A DNA stretch of 64,000 nucleotides, taken from assembly GCA_937958645.1 (NCBI GenBank), contig CALGNI010000038.1:3647-67646 (forward strand), given 5' to 3'. Positions 11,783 to 22,182 of this stretch are shown in pieces. Position numbers and translations under genes: made by a program. The notes under the pieces are model-generated. The model was not told where the DNA came from and made no database searches. It saw only the letters and a program-made list of their open reading frames with translations. How positions within the stretch are numbered: position 1 is the stretch's first letter; every line of letters begins with the position of its first letter. The DNA comes from Candidatus Absconditabacterales bacterium (GTDB lineage: Bacteria > Patescibacteriota > Gracilibacteria > Absconditabacterales > Absconditicoccaceae).

Positions 11783-11944
11783 GAAGGAAGAATGAAGAAG
11801 GAAGAATAAAGAAGGAAGAATAAAGAAGGAAGAATAAAGAAGGAAGAATAAAGAAGGAAGAATAAAGAAGGAAGAATAAAGAAGGAAGAATAAAGAAGGA
11901 AGAATAAAGAAGGAAGAATAAAGAAGGAAGAATAAAGAAGGAAT
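11783..11944. repeat. 14-bp tandem repeat (gaaggaagaataaa), about 11.5 copies
   Basis: Unit starts fall every 14 nt from 11783 to 11937, immediately after the mutL stop. Track ORF 11623-11961(-) is just its translation. Confidence 0.95.
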
Positions 11945-12081
11945 ATTGTATTATGTGTCATCCTGAATGAGTTCGTAGCGTAGCGGAGAACGATTGAAGG
12001 ATCTCGAGTGGATACTATCCTTGCGAGATCCTTTTAGTTTTTAGCTTTCAACTTTCAACTTTAAATTTTTAACTTTAATTC

Positions 12082-12645
12082 ATGTCCAAGCTCTATTTCC
12101 GTTATGCTGCCATGAATGCAGGGAAAACTACTTCATTGCTGCAAGTAGCTCACAATTATCAAGAGCGTGGTATGAGGGTGTTGATCTGTAAGCCAGCAAC
12201 CGATACCAAGGCTGGTGATCAGCTGAGTAGTAGGATTGGTTTAGCAAAAAAAGTAGATGTTTTGATTCATCCTGATGATTCTTTAGATGCATTGATTCCT
12301 GAGACTGGTGTAGATTGTCTTTTGGTGGATGAAGCACAATTTTTATCTCCTAAGCAAGTAGATCAACTCCGACATATCGCTGTAAAATGAAACGTGCCAG
12401 TGATCTGTTATGGTATTCGTACTGATTTTTTGATGAAATGATTTCCATGAAGCACGAGATTGTTAGAAATCGCTCATAGCATAGAAGAACTCAAGACAAT
12501 ATGTCGCTGTGGTAAAAAAGCAGTCTGCAACATGAGATTGATCAATGGAGAACCTGTTTTTCAAGGAGATCAAGGCGCTATCGATGGAGAAGTCGAGTAT
12601 GAAAGTGTGTGTGGAAGGTGTTTTTTGGAGGAGAGGGTATGATAA
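12082..12645 (+). CDS. tdk: thymidine kinase
   Basis: 'MNAGKTTSLL', 'LLVDEAQFL', and Zn ribbon 'CRCGKKA...CGRCF'. Track ORFs 12082-12390 and 12460-12642 are in frame. Ends GTA TGA TAA. Confidence 0.9.
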
Positions 12646-12740
12646 TAAATATACTATATATATAAATCATCTATTGTAAATCTCCGCAAAATCCTTATTA
12701 TAATTAAGTAATAAAAATCTAAACCTAAAAAAATAAAAAT

Positions 12741-13790
12741 ATGAGAAGTTCATTAATAGTAATAATTATTACTGCAGTATTTTTATGCACCTTGAGTTGT
12801 AATACTACGTGGTATGATGAGGGAGAATTTGAAGAGTTTCCTGAATTATCAATTTCTGGAGATCGCCGAACTCAAGCGATTTGTGATTCTTATCTAGAGT
12901 CGTATGAGTACACGAATGATGTGAGTATTCAGGAGTTATTCTTGGAGTATCAAGTCTTCAAAGCTAATCTTGAAAAATTTTCTTTGTTTGCGATAAAGCA
13001 TAAACAATATCAAACCAAAGGTCTTGGGATCAATATCTTGCCTATGGATATTAAAATACAAGCTTTGTTTGATAGGCGACATATGAAAAGTAAACGAGGT
13101 CAGAATGGCTCGCCATGGTTAATTCTTCAGAACAACTACTATAGAATAGTTAAAAATAAAAGTTCTTCTGAATATCAAAAATACTATTTTGATGGATCTG
13201 AAATAAATAAGAGCGTTGAATTGAAAGACATCTCAAGTTTAACTCTTGGAATGAAAAATTTAGAAGATCTTACGGACTCTGATATTGATTTTAATAGAAA
13301 AAAAGAGTTATTTGATTTCTATAAAGACTTAGAAGATGGATTTACCTATAATCAAGAATGTACTAAGGAAATTTATACTACAGCATTTCTAGGGTGTCCC
13401 TTAGAAAAGCTAGAAAATCTACAAGAAACACCTACTGAGCTTAGAACTAGGACACTACATTCTGAAGAATTAAACTCTTTAGAGTTAGCAGCTCTTAGGC
13501 CTGAAGTATATCATATTTTGAAACAAGCTAATTTCTTTCTTGAGAATTTCACTAAAACTATTTCTAGAAATGATATTCCTTTTTATGATGAGAGTATTGC
13601 AATAGAAATATCTGAAAACTCAGAGAAAGAAATATTCATCGCAGACTGTGATTTTGAAGCAGGTATCGATCAAGACTCATTGAAACTTGGAGCCGAAATT
13701 ACTGTTGGGGGTGATAATCCAATATTAGGATTTGGTGGAGAGTGTAGAGTGAAGATTGAGTGGAAAGCTTTTAAGTCTAAAGCTGAGTAG
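12741..13790 (+). CDS. hypothetical lipoprotein
   Basis: Intact 349-aa ORF. Signal peptide with a lipobox-like 'FLCTLSC'. A terminator lies downstream. No TGA codons. Confidence 0.55.
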   Translation: MRSSLIVIIITAVFLCTLSCNTTWYDEGEFEEFPELSISGDRRTQAICDSYLESYEYTNDVSIQELFLEYQVFKANLEKFSLFAIKHKQYQTKGLGINILPMDIKIQALFDRRHMKSKRGQNGSPWLILQNNYYRIVKNKSSSEYQKYYFDGSEINKSVELKDISSLTLGMKNLEDLTDSDIDFNRKKELFDFYKDLEDGFTYNQECTKEIYTTAFLGCPLEKLENLQETPTELRTRTLHSEELNSLELAALRPEVYHILKQANFFLENFTKTISRNDIPFYDESIAIEISENSEKEIFIADCDFEAGIDQDSLKLGAEITVGGDNPILGFGGECRVKIEWKAFKSKAE

Positions 13791-13815
13791 AGATAAGTTA
13801 TTTTTTAACCAAAAA

Positions 13816-13845
13816 GCCTCGTGATATGATCACGAGGCTTTTCTC
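13816..13845 (+). terminator. rho-independent terminator
   Basis: gcctcgtgat/atcacgaggc stem followed by a T-rich run. Confidence 0.75.
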
Positions 13846-13996
13846 TATATGAAGGTTACTCCTGAGATTCCACGCAGCAATCGTTCACCTTTCGTTTCTC
13901 TCAAGGGAACTCATCCGGCTCTGAATGACGAATTACTATCAAATTTTTCTTTTTCTCACTCTTTATCATCTCTTCTACATTCTATTATTCACGTCT

Positions 13997-14024
13997 GGGA
14001 CGAGGCAATGCCAACGTCCCTACG
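13997..14024 (-). repeat. REP hairpin with GTAG head
   Basis: Minus strand reads cGTAGGGACG-loop-CGTCCC. Confidence 0.55.
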
Positions 14025-14068
14025 ACTCTTACTTCTGCTTTCTTCATTCTTTCTTCTAACTCTAAACT

Positions 14069-15088
14069 CTATTTATCGTCTCCATCAACCATATCTTCAA
14101 CCATATCCTCAGCTTTATCAATCATATCTCCAGCTACTTCTTCTACTTTATCAATAATTCCGCTTGCTACTCATCCAGTAGCAGCATCTACGGTATCAGC
14201 TAGTTTTGTTACGACTCCTTTTGCCATATCACCAGCTCCGTCGATAGCTCCTCATGCTATACCTCCGAGTCATCCAGCGAGTCCTCACATAAGACCTCCA
14301 GCACCTTTTACAGCATCTCCAAGTCCTCATGCAGCTTTACCAGCAAGATCTCCGGCTCATTCAACTACAGATCCAGCAGCGTCTGCTACTCATCATGCAA
14401 CATTTCCAGCAGCATCAACAGCACCAGAAGCAACGCTTCCAGCAGCATCAACAGCACCACTAGCAACAGATCCAGCAGCGTCTACAGCTCCTTTAGCTGC
14501 GTCACCCACCATATTTCCTGCTCATTTTGCAACATCAACAGCACCAGAAGCAACGCTTCCAGCAGCATCAACAGCACCACTAGCAACAGATCCAGCAGCG
14601 TCTACAGCTCATTTTGCTGCGTCACCTACCATATTTCCAGCTCCTTTAGCCATGTCTCCCAGACCACCAGCTAATCAACCAGCCATTCCAGTTGCCTTAC
14701 CTAGAGTTCCTTTTAGGATACTATCAAGTGAGAAGTCTCAAGCTCCCATAAATACAGTAAGGAGTGAACCGATCAAGATGAAGAGTAGTTTAGGATCAAA
14801 TCATCCAACTGCATTCCATGCAACGATCATGATTATTGCACCAATAATACCAGCTAATCTCGTCTTGTATCCTAGAATCAAAGCAGCACCTGCTAAGATT
14901 TCTCATAAGGTTGCTAACCAAAACCAAACAGTGTTTGGAAGTATTTCCAAGAAAGGAATCAACTGTGATGCAGCTCCTCATACGAAATCAATATTTCCTG
15001 GCATACCACCAAATTTACCAAGTCCAGCTACCAATAATAAGATACCTACAGCAACGCGAATAATTCAAAGTACTTTTCACATAATCAT
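14069..15088 (-). CDS. DoxX-family membrane protein fused to a roughly 210-aa Gly/Ala-rich repeat tail
   Basis: Table-25 ORF of 1020 nt. N-terminus 'VLGIIRVAVGILLLVAGLGKFGG...' with 4 TM segments (DoxX-like). The tail is 'GDAAKGAVDAAGSVASGAVDAAGSVASGAVD...' with a near-identical internal DNA duplication (about 14400-14520 vs 14530-14640). Many Gly are TGA. TAG stop. Confidence 0.65.
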
Positions 15089-15197
15089 AAAAAAAGATAA
15101 AAAAAGATTAATCCCTTTCGATAAGTCTAATATTCGCTTCATTTGCAAGGAGTAGTTGGTTGATATGAGTGCTAAGTTCTTTACAAAAAAGAAAAAA

Positions 15198-15219
15198 CCA
15201 CCAATGACTGGTGGTTTTT
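15198..15219. terminator. bidirectional terminator between the two DoxX genes
   Basis: ccacca/tggtgg hairpin flanked by an A-run and a T-run. Confidence 0.6.
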
Positions 15220-15238
15220 CTCTTTATGGAGAGATATT

Positions 15239-15766
15239 TTATTTATTCTTTTTCTTTTTTCCTCATGTAGGTATTTCACATGATCCATCACTACATCATC
15301 AAGCATCACAACCGCAAGAGCCATCATTTTTATCACATGCACAAGATCCTCATGAACATTTGTTGCATGGACATCATTTTCCACACAATTTTCGAGCTCA
15401 TGGTCATTGTGTAAGTACTACCAATGATCATAGTACTACCACAATCCATGGTGGCATGATTCATTGTGTACTTGCAAAAGCCATGATTACTAGTGCTAAA
15501 ATAGCTCATGCTTTACTTAGGATACGACATCCTGAAAGAAGAAACAATCAAGCAATAATTTCACCTATGGTTGCGATCCAACCCCAAGCAACAGCTGACA
15601 AGAATCCTAGGAACGGCAATAAATCTGTTGCTGCAGCTCAGTATTGTGCCATTCATGCTGATCATCCAGCTACTTTCATGATACCAAACGCTAACATAAC
15701 TAATCATGTGATAATACGCACTACTCAAAGAATTTTTCCGCGGTTTCAAGTGTTTCAATGTTTCAT
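15239..15766 (-). CDS. DoxX-family membrane protein with Cys-rich C-terminal tail
   Basis: Table-25 ORF of 528 nt. 'ILGVVRIITGLVMLAFGIMKVAGG' (DoxX-like). The tail is 'CGKGCPCNKCSGGSCACDKNDGSCGCDAGGCSDGSC'. TAA stop. Confidence 0.65.
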
Positions 15767-15924
15767 AGATACTAATAATGAATAAAAAAATATATGACTA
15801 TTATAGTAATTTTATCAATCAAATATAGTAATAATAACATTAGAAAATTCTGAGAAAGTCTCACTAGAATTCTGAAGTTGAATTGCTAGAAACGGAGTAA
15901 CGATTTATCACTTATTTAACTCTC

Positions 15925-17205
15925 ATGATTCATAGTACTGATCCAAAGATTGCTGCGCTAATCCAGGCAGAGCAAGAAAGACAAGCAACAGGAATGGAAT
16001 TTATTGCTAGTGAAAACTATCAGTCAAAAGCAGTGCTGGAAGCGCAATCTAGTGTGTTTGCGAATAAGTACAGTGAATGAACCCCTGGGAGAAGGTATTA
16101 TGGAGGTCAAGAAAACACCGATCTGATGGAACAGTTGGCGATCGATAGAGCGAAAGCATTGTTTGGTTCAGATCATGCGAATGTGCAAGCTTTGAGCTGA
16201 GCTGCAGCAAATGTGTGTATCTATGCAGGATTATTGCAGCCAGGAGATACGGTACTGGGTATGGATCTTACTCATTGAGGACATCTTACTCATGGTCATC
16301 CAGTGACCTTCATGGGAAAGATATTCAATTTTGTTCGCTATGGAATGAAGGACATCAGCACGGGTGAGATAGACTTTGAAGGTATTAGAGCTATGGCACA
16401 TGAACACAAACCTAAAATAATTCTTGCGGGATTTAGTGCATATCCCAGAGAGCTGGATTATGCTAAGTTCGCTGAGATTGCAAATGAGGTATGAGCAGTA
16501 GCGATGGCGGATATGTCTCATATTGGAGGATTGATTGCTGGGGGAGTATTGGCAAATCCTTTTGATGCAGGGTTTCAAGTAATGATGACCACGACGCACA
16601 AATCCCTGAGAGGGCCAAGAGGTTCTTTGATCTTGAGTAAAGGAACCGTAGGAAATCCATTGAAGAAGCCTGAAGATACGGTAGAAAATATTCCAACACG
16701 TATCGATAGAGCAGTATTCCCTGGTGTGCAATGAGGACCTCATATGAATACGATCGCTGGGATCGCAGTAGCATTGCATGAAGCAAATACAGAAAGCTTT
16801 AAAACCTATGCACAACAAACCATAGACAATGCAAAAGCAATGGCAGAAGAATTCCTTAGCAGAGGATACAAACTCGTGACTTGATGAACCGATAATCATA
16901 TGATCGTTTTAGATTTTTCATGAACTAATATTAACGGTTCTGTGGCAGAAAAATCCTTGGATGTGTTGGGAATTAGTACAAGTAAAAGCACGATTCCTGA
17001 TGATCCAAATCCTCCCTTCAGACCCTCAGGTCTCAGAATCTGAACTCCAGCGATGACCACCAGAGGTCTCAAGGAAGATGAGATCAAGACGATAGTGGGT
17101 TGGATGGATTCAGCATTCAAGCATCACGACAAAGAAGATATCCTTACGGGACTTCAGGCGGAGGTGGAGATTATGAGTAAGGCTTTTCCGAGTCCGAGTG
17201 TGTAG
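15925..17205 (+). CDS. glyA: serine hydroxymethyltransferase
   Basis: 'IASENY', '[13 protein letters not shown]', 'LTHGGHLTHG' (TGA 16276-16278 is Gly), '[12 protein letters not shown]', 'VFPGVQGGPH'. Track ORFs 16303-16494 and 16504-16734 are in frame with ATG 15925. Confidence 0.95.
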
Positions 17206-17212
17206 AAAGAAG

Positions 17213-17240
17213 GCGCGGTCATCGACCGCGCTTTCTTTTC
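17213..17240 (+). terminator. rho-independent terminator after glyA
   Basis: gcgcggtc/gaccgcgc stem followed by a T-rich tract. Confidence 0.75.
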
Positions 17241-17304
17241 CCTCCCTTGATTATTCTCACTAGATCCCTATATAGTACTCAATCCATGTACTTTCTCACT
17301 TCAT

Positions 17305-17853
17305 ATGAACTTAGAGAAACTCTTCTGATCTAGAACGAAAACCGACATACTGAAGTACCTTGTCTTTCGTAGGCAAGGAATTTCTGTTCGTGCATTTGAG
17401 ACAGAGTTAACACGATCTTTCCCCGCTATCAAGAAGCAAATCGATCAACTAGAAGAGGCTTGAGTGATTAGAGTAACTAAAGACAACAACAGACGATCGA
17501 TCTTTATGGTCGATGGAATCGACGATTATATAAAGAGTATTTTTATGTATACACTCAAGTTTGATTTGAGTGAGTATTTTTGATGAATGCCAAAAGATGT
17601 TGATAAATATTTCCTAGGAAAAGTATTTGGAAATGATTTTGATATGGATCTGGTGATCGTTCATCAAGCATCAGGAAAAGAAAAAATACCTCAAATGAAG
17701 CAAGATATTTCAACGATCTTCGAAAAATACCTCATCCTCACCGTAAACGTGGTGTTTATGTCTGCAGATGAGTTCCAAAAACGTAACAGACTCGCTGATA
17801 AGTTCGTTCTTTCATTGCTGGCAAGTGGTAAGCCGCAGCCTGAGGTGGAGTAG
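17305..17853 (+). CDS. winged-helix DNA-binding domain protein
   Basis: ATG 17305 is in frame with track ORF 17587-17853 through TGA. 'TKTDILKYLVFRRQGISVRAFETELTRSFPAIKKQIDQLEEAGVI' looks ArsR/MarR-like. Confidence 0.5.
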
Positions 17854-17954
17854 GAGGAAAGTAGAAATGAATGGAGAAGGAAGAATGAAGAAATGTGTCG
17901 AAAAGAAAAGACCGAGGAAAATATTCCTTCGGTCTTTTGTTTTAGATAATAAGA

Positions 17955-19016
17955 TTATTGTGGCATCATACCTAATCGTTTCCAAAAAATAGAATTGATT
18001 GATTTTATGCACAATTCAAGAAATGGAGTAATAGTAGTCCACTGCCATTTCTTTTTTGTGAACTTTATTCTTTTGTTTCCTATTCGACAAAATACTACGG
18101 TAATTAAGAAGCTCATAGACACAGAAAATATAGTCACTGCAATGAGTTGAAATGAGTGATTTGTTTCAATTATTCGACCCCACATTAAAAAGATTACTAA
18201 TGAAGCTGATAATATACCAGTTAATAGCTCGATCTCCAATAGTTTTTCGATAATCACCTTGCATCCATCTTTGCATACATCATACCCACCCAATACGATG
18301 ATGAAAGGTGAGGTAGGAATCACGAATAAGCTGATTACTAATGCTATTATCATTTTGCAGATCATCTTTGTGCCAGACAAAAGTGAGTACATTTTTACTT
18401 TAAGAATTCCAAATTCTTCAATAGCTATCAATGCTTCTTGATACAGGAGAGAAATTCGTTTTTGAACTTTGATTTTAGCATTTTCTTTTGACAAATTTTT
18501 TTCAGCAACTTTAGATTTAATATGTGATTCTTCACTTGTAAAATCAAGTTTTGTAAAATTAAAAGACAAATAACTTAGAATGCTGTATTCTTTAATTTCT
18601 TTTTTTGTATAAATGAAGAAAGTTATTACAAACATGAAAGATGTAAAGTAGAAAATTTCGATAATCACTTTTGCTGTTGTGCTTAAGAAGTCAAAGTTAA
18701 TAAATTGTGATACTTGAACAAAAATGAATGAAAAAAATATAGAATTTATTATCAAGCTAATCGTAACTAATTTATCAGATACTCTTGCTAGCTTTTTCAC
18801 TTTTTCTTCAGCCGATGGTTCTACATTGGTTTTCTTAAGTTTGTTTTTAAGTTCTTTGAAATGGTATCCTAGGTAGGCTATGCAGCCAATAAGGATTGAA
18901 GCGCTGTACACAACTATCATATTGGTAGTTATCAGTCTCATAATAGCAATAGCTGCTAAAACGATGATAGCAGAACAACATCCCGCTATGAGTTGTTTGT
19001 TTGTTAATGACGTCAT
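17955..19016 (-). CDS. hypothetical polytopic membrane protein
   Basis: Intact 353-aa track ORF with multiple hydrophobic segments. No family recognised. Confidence 0.55.
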   Translation of the reverse strand: MTSLTNKQLIAGCCSAIIVLAAIAIMRLITTNMIVVYSASILIGCIAYLGYHFKELKNKLKKTNVEPSAEEKVKKLARVSDKLVTISLIINSIFFSFIFVQVSQFINFDFLSTTAKVIIEIFYFTSFMFVITFFIYTKKEIKEYSILSYLSFNFTKLDFTSEESHIKSKVAEKNLSKENAKIKVQKRISLLYQEALIAIEEFGILKVKMYSLLSGTKMICKMIIALVISLFVIPTSPFIIVLGGYDVCKDGCKVIIEKLLEIELLTGILSASLVIFLMWGRIIETNHSFQLIAVTIFSVSMSFLITVVFCRIGNKRIKFTKKKWQWTTITPFLELCIKSINSIFWKRLGMMPQ

Positions 19017-19264
19017 AATTCAGATTTTTAGTGATATTTTATTTACAAATTTTATTTCTTCGTTATTGTAGGAAAAATATCTCAACTTGCAATCTTTAGT
19101 TTTGTCCGTATACATATCTTAGTGGGCGAGCCCATTTTTTTTATTCGAAGAAGAATGCTAGATTTCGTAGTATTCATCGTTGAATTTCATAAGTGGTGCT
19201 GAGTCAAATATGACGCTCAAGACTGATGAAATTTGTGAGAAGTATTTATTTTTGACCATATATA

Positions 19265-19456
19265 ATGTTGAACTTTTTCTATGACAGTTTGGAAACACTG
19301 AAGAAAGTAAAAAAACCTAAAAGCGCTGATGTATGGAGCCTTACGCTTATCATCTTCGTGGTAGTGATTATTGCTGCGTTGATGTTCGCATTGATGGATG
19401 GTGTCTTTGGTGAAGTGTATAATGCTATTTATGAAGCGTTAAGTTGAGCTTTCTAA
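19265..19456 (+). CDS. secE: preprotein translocase subunit SecE
   Basis: 63-aa single-TM protein directly upstream of nusG (conserved synteny). 'KKVKKPKSADVWSLTLIIFVVVIIAALMFAL'. The TGA at 19445 is read through to TAA 19454. Confidence 0.7.
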
Positions 19457-19582
19457 GTGTTGGTGATTCTCTTTGGAGGTTTGCTCCTTGTGACGATATT
19501 CTTTAGGATATGCGGCACATTTCAAAATAGATTTGGGCGAAATTTGATTCGTCGGTAATCATTTACTCATTTACCATTATCC

Positions 19583-20155
19583 ATGGCAGAAGCAATAGAT
19601 ATAGCGAAACAGATTGAAGATAATCAATATAGATGGTATGTACTGAGTGTAAACTCTGGACAAGAACAGCTCGTAGTTGATAATCTTCAAGAAAGAGTTT
19701 CAAAACAACAAATGGAACTAGAAATCGTTGATTATTTCAATCCAGTGGTGAATGAAGTATATTACAAGAAAGGAGAAAAGGTCGTGAGACATACAAAATT
19801 ATATCCTGGATATGTTTTTGTGAAGAGCAAAATGAATGAAAAGATCTGGTATATTATTAGAAATACTCCTGGTGTGAGATTGATTGTATGAGCTGAGATT
19901 AGACCGATTCCATTGACCGATAAGGAATACGATGAAATGGTAGCTCATGTTGAAGAAAAGAATGCTAGAGCAGAATTTGCAGTACCTTTCGAAGAAGGTG
20001 ATGTTGTGATTCTAAGAGACGGAGACTTCAATGGAATGAAATGATTGATCACTGAAATCGATCCAGTAAAATGAATGGTATACGCTAACGTTGAAATCCT
20101 TGGGAGAAATACACCGGTGATGGTGAGTTTTGATAAGGTTGAGAGAGTGGCGTAG
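19583..20155 (+). CDS. nusG: transcription termination/antitermination factor NusG
   Basis: 'WYVLSVNSGQE', 'LYPGYVFVK', 'IRNTPGV', and KOW 'GDVVILRDGDFNGMKGLITEID'. TAG stop. Confidence 0.9.
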
Positions 20156-20279
20156 AGAGAAATAGAGAAATAGAGAAAGTGAGAAATAGAAAAAGTGAGA
20201 AAGAGCTGTCATCCAGAATGACGAAAGTTCCAACTTGTCCAATTCAGCTAACTTGCCTAATTTTATCCTCTTTTCACTC

Positions 20280-21290
20280 ATGTATCCTAGAGATGAATCA
20301 AAAAGAGTAGGTCGATCATTGATTGTCTTATTGGCAGCATTGTTATTGGTGTATGTGATCTTTTTTGATGTTCATGGTGATAAGTTGCGTATCGGTTCAT
20401 TGACGGGTCTGGATGAAATCGAGCAAACTCGTTCTTGAAATGAACTTACCGGTGCTGATATTGATAGAATGGTCTATATTGATACTACCAATCAAGTCTC
20501 AAACAACCAAAACTCAGACGATGTATATTATCCATCATATTACCAAGATAGCCCAAATGTAGCACAGACTCAACCCGATACATGATTAATCCAAGCACAA
20601 AATATTCAAAAGGATGCATTAGTCGTTGATCCAACACCTCAAGCAGGTGACACTTCTACCGTCCCAGATATCATCAATGATACGCAAGGAAGAAGATTTT
20701 ACTCAACAGATTTCTTGTTTGGGAGATCTGATCCAGATGATCTTTCATCGGTAAATGTATGATCTACTGCCAATCCTGTATGAGTAAATGCAGGCGTAAG
20801 CAACACAAATGTTGCTCAACAAGCACAAAATATTGTTGCTCCAGCAGTAGCTCCAACCACCACTCCTACAAATCCAATTTCTACCTTGCCCACAGGATCA
20901 ATTCAGTTTGCAAATACCCGAGTGTGGGACGGGATGTTAACTATTCTTCAGAGCCTAGAACTTGATGATGATGTTCGTTATATCTTGAAAGATATTAACA
21001 ATACGCACTATATCTATATGGGTCAACTCCAGTGATCTGTTGCTTCATTAGTAACTTTTTTGTGAGGAACAACCGTTGACATTAACGATCAAACCACTAT
21101 AAAAAACAATCAACTGTTCGGGGCAAATGTCCAAAGAATCACCATGCCATCATATAAGAGTAATCTAAAGGAACTGATGCTGGTGAGATTTGCTAATGGA
21201 GATGTTCGATTTCTTCAAATCGATAAGGATTGGTACAATCAATTGCAAAACAAATTGGAGATAAAGCAGAAGTTTGAGACATATTATTAA
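20280..21290 (+). CDS. hypothetical membrane-anchored protein inserted between nusG and rplK
   Basis: Table-25 ORF. N-terminal TM 'RSLIVLLAALLLVYVIFF', then a low-complexity Q/N/T/P-rich linker, then a C-terminal globular part. TAA stop at 21288. Confidence 0.55.
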
Positions 21291-21404
21291 AATAGAAAGT
21301 TAATTACTTGCCTATGAAACCAGAGCGAAGCGATAGGTTGAGTAGATGTAAGTGATATATGCCTCAGGTAAAAAAGTAAAAAATAGAAAAGAAAGAAAAG
21401 AAGC

Positions 21405-21429
21405 GTAGGGTCATGATTTCTTATGACCC
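21405..21429 (+). repeat. REP hairpin with GTAG head
   Basis: GTAGGGTCAT-loop-ATGACCC. Confidence 0.55.
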
Positions 21430-21588
21430 AAGCGAGGCATTTTATATCGTCACTGAATGACGGGTATATATCAAAGCATCTTATGAACACTCGCGCGATG
21501 AGTATTCATTAGATCCTTTGGATCTTATCTAGGATAGACAAGTATTTTTTAGATACTTATTCTAGGTTGCGGAAGGCTTTGCGCTGTT

Positions 21589-21615
21589 GGACCGCTTTTA
21601 TTATTATTTATACAC
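21589..21615 (+). promoter_or_regulatory. conserved leader motif upstream of rplK (paralogous motif at 22152-22177)
   Basis: 'gcgg.ag.ctt....c..t..gaccgctttta..tta..tatacaca' occurs just 5' of both rplK and rplA. A GCGG...CCGC closing helix is present in both copies. Confidence 0.4.
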
Positions 21616-22056
21616 ATGGCAGGAAAGATTCAAGTACAGTTTACGCTGCATATGCCAGCATGAAAAGCAACACCAGCACCTCCTATTGGACCTATTTTGG
21701 GTCAGCACGGTATCAATATCGGTGAATTCGTTAAGAAGTTTAACGACAGCACGATGGAAATCATGCAAAAATATGGATGAGCAGAAATCAAAGTACCGGT
21801 AGATATTACGGTATTCATCGATAGATCATTTAAGATGGAAATCCATCCACCTGTAACTTCTTCATTGTTAAAATACAAAGCGAAGATCAAATCAGGGAGT
21901 GGAGAACCAAATTCTAATAAAGTTGCAACACTTTCAATGGAAGACCTAGAAGAAATCATCGATATCAAGTTGCCTGTAATGAACACAAACAACAGAGATT
22001 CAGTAAGAAAGAGTATCATAGGTACTGCTAAGAGCCTTTGAATAGAAGTAAAATAA
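21616..22056 (+). CDS. rplK: 50S ribosomal protein L11
   Basis: '[22 protein letters not shown]', 'FVKKFN', 'PPVTSLLK'. In frame with track ORF 21835-22041. TAA at 22054. Confidence 0.95.
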
Positions 22057-22151
22057 GAGTTAAAAATCAGAGTTAGAGTTAGATCGTATCTAAATTCTAA
22101 CTCTAAACTCAAACTCTAAACTCTAGTATCCGCGGCAGACTTACGTCGTTA

Positions 22152-22177
22152 TGACCGCTTTTAACTTATTATACACA
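22152..22177 (+). promoter_or_regulatory. conserved leader motif upstream of rplA
   Basis: See 21589-21615. 'tgaccgcttttaacttattatacaca'. Confidence 0.4.
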
Positions 22178-22182
22178 TTATC

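Noticed and set aside
9684-11944. CRISPR array
   Set aside because: The repeats are contiguous 8-14-nt units without unique spacers, and no cas genes are present in the window.
11623-11961. 112-aa minus-strand ORF 'LFFLLYSSFFILPS...' repeated
   Set aside because: It is simply the translation of the 14-bp tandem repeat downstream of mutL.
13849-15785. Long plus-strand track ORFs (102, 167 and 209 aa) rich in P/A/S/H
   Set aside because: They are antisense shadows of the two DoxX genes. The minus-strand table-25 frames give coherent membrane domains, proper stops and a terminator.
16231-16899. 222-aa and 107-aa minus-strand ORFs
   Set aside because: They lie antisense to the unambiguous glyA coding sequence.
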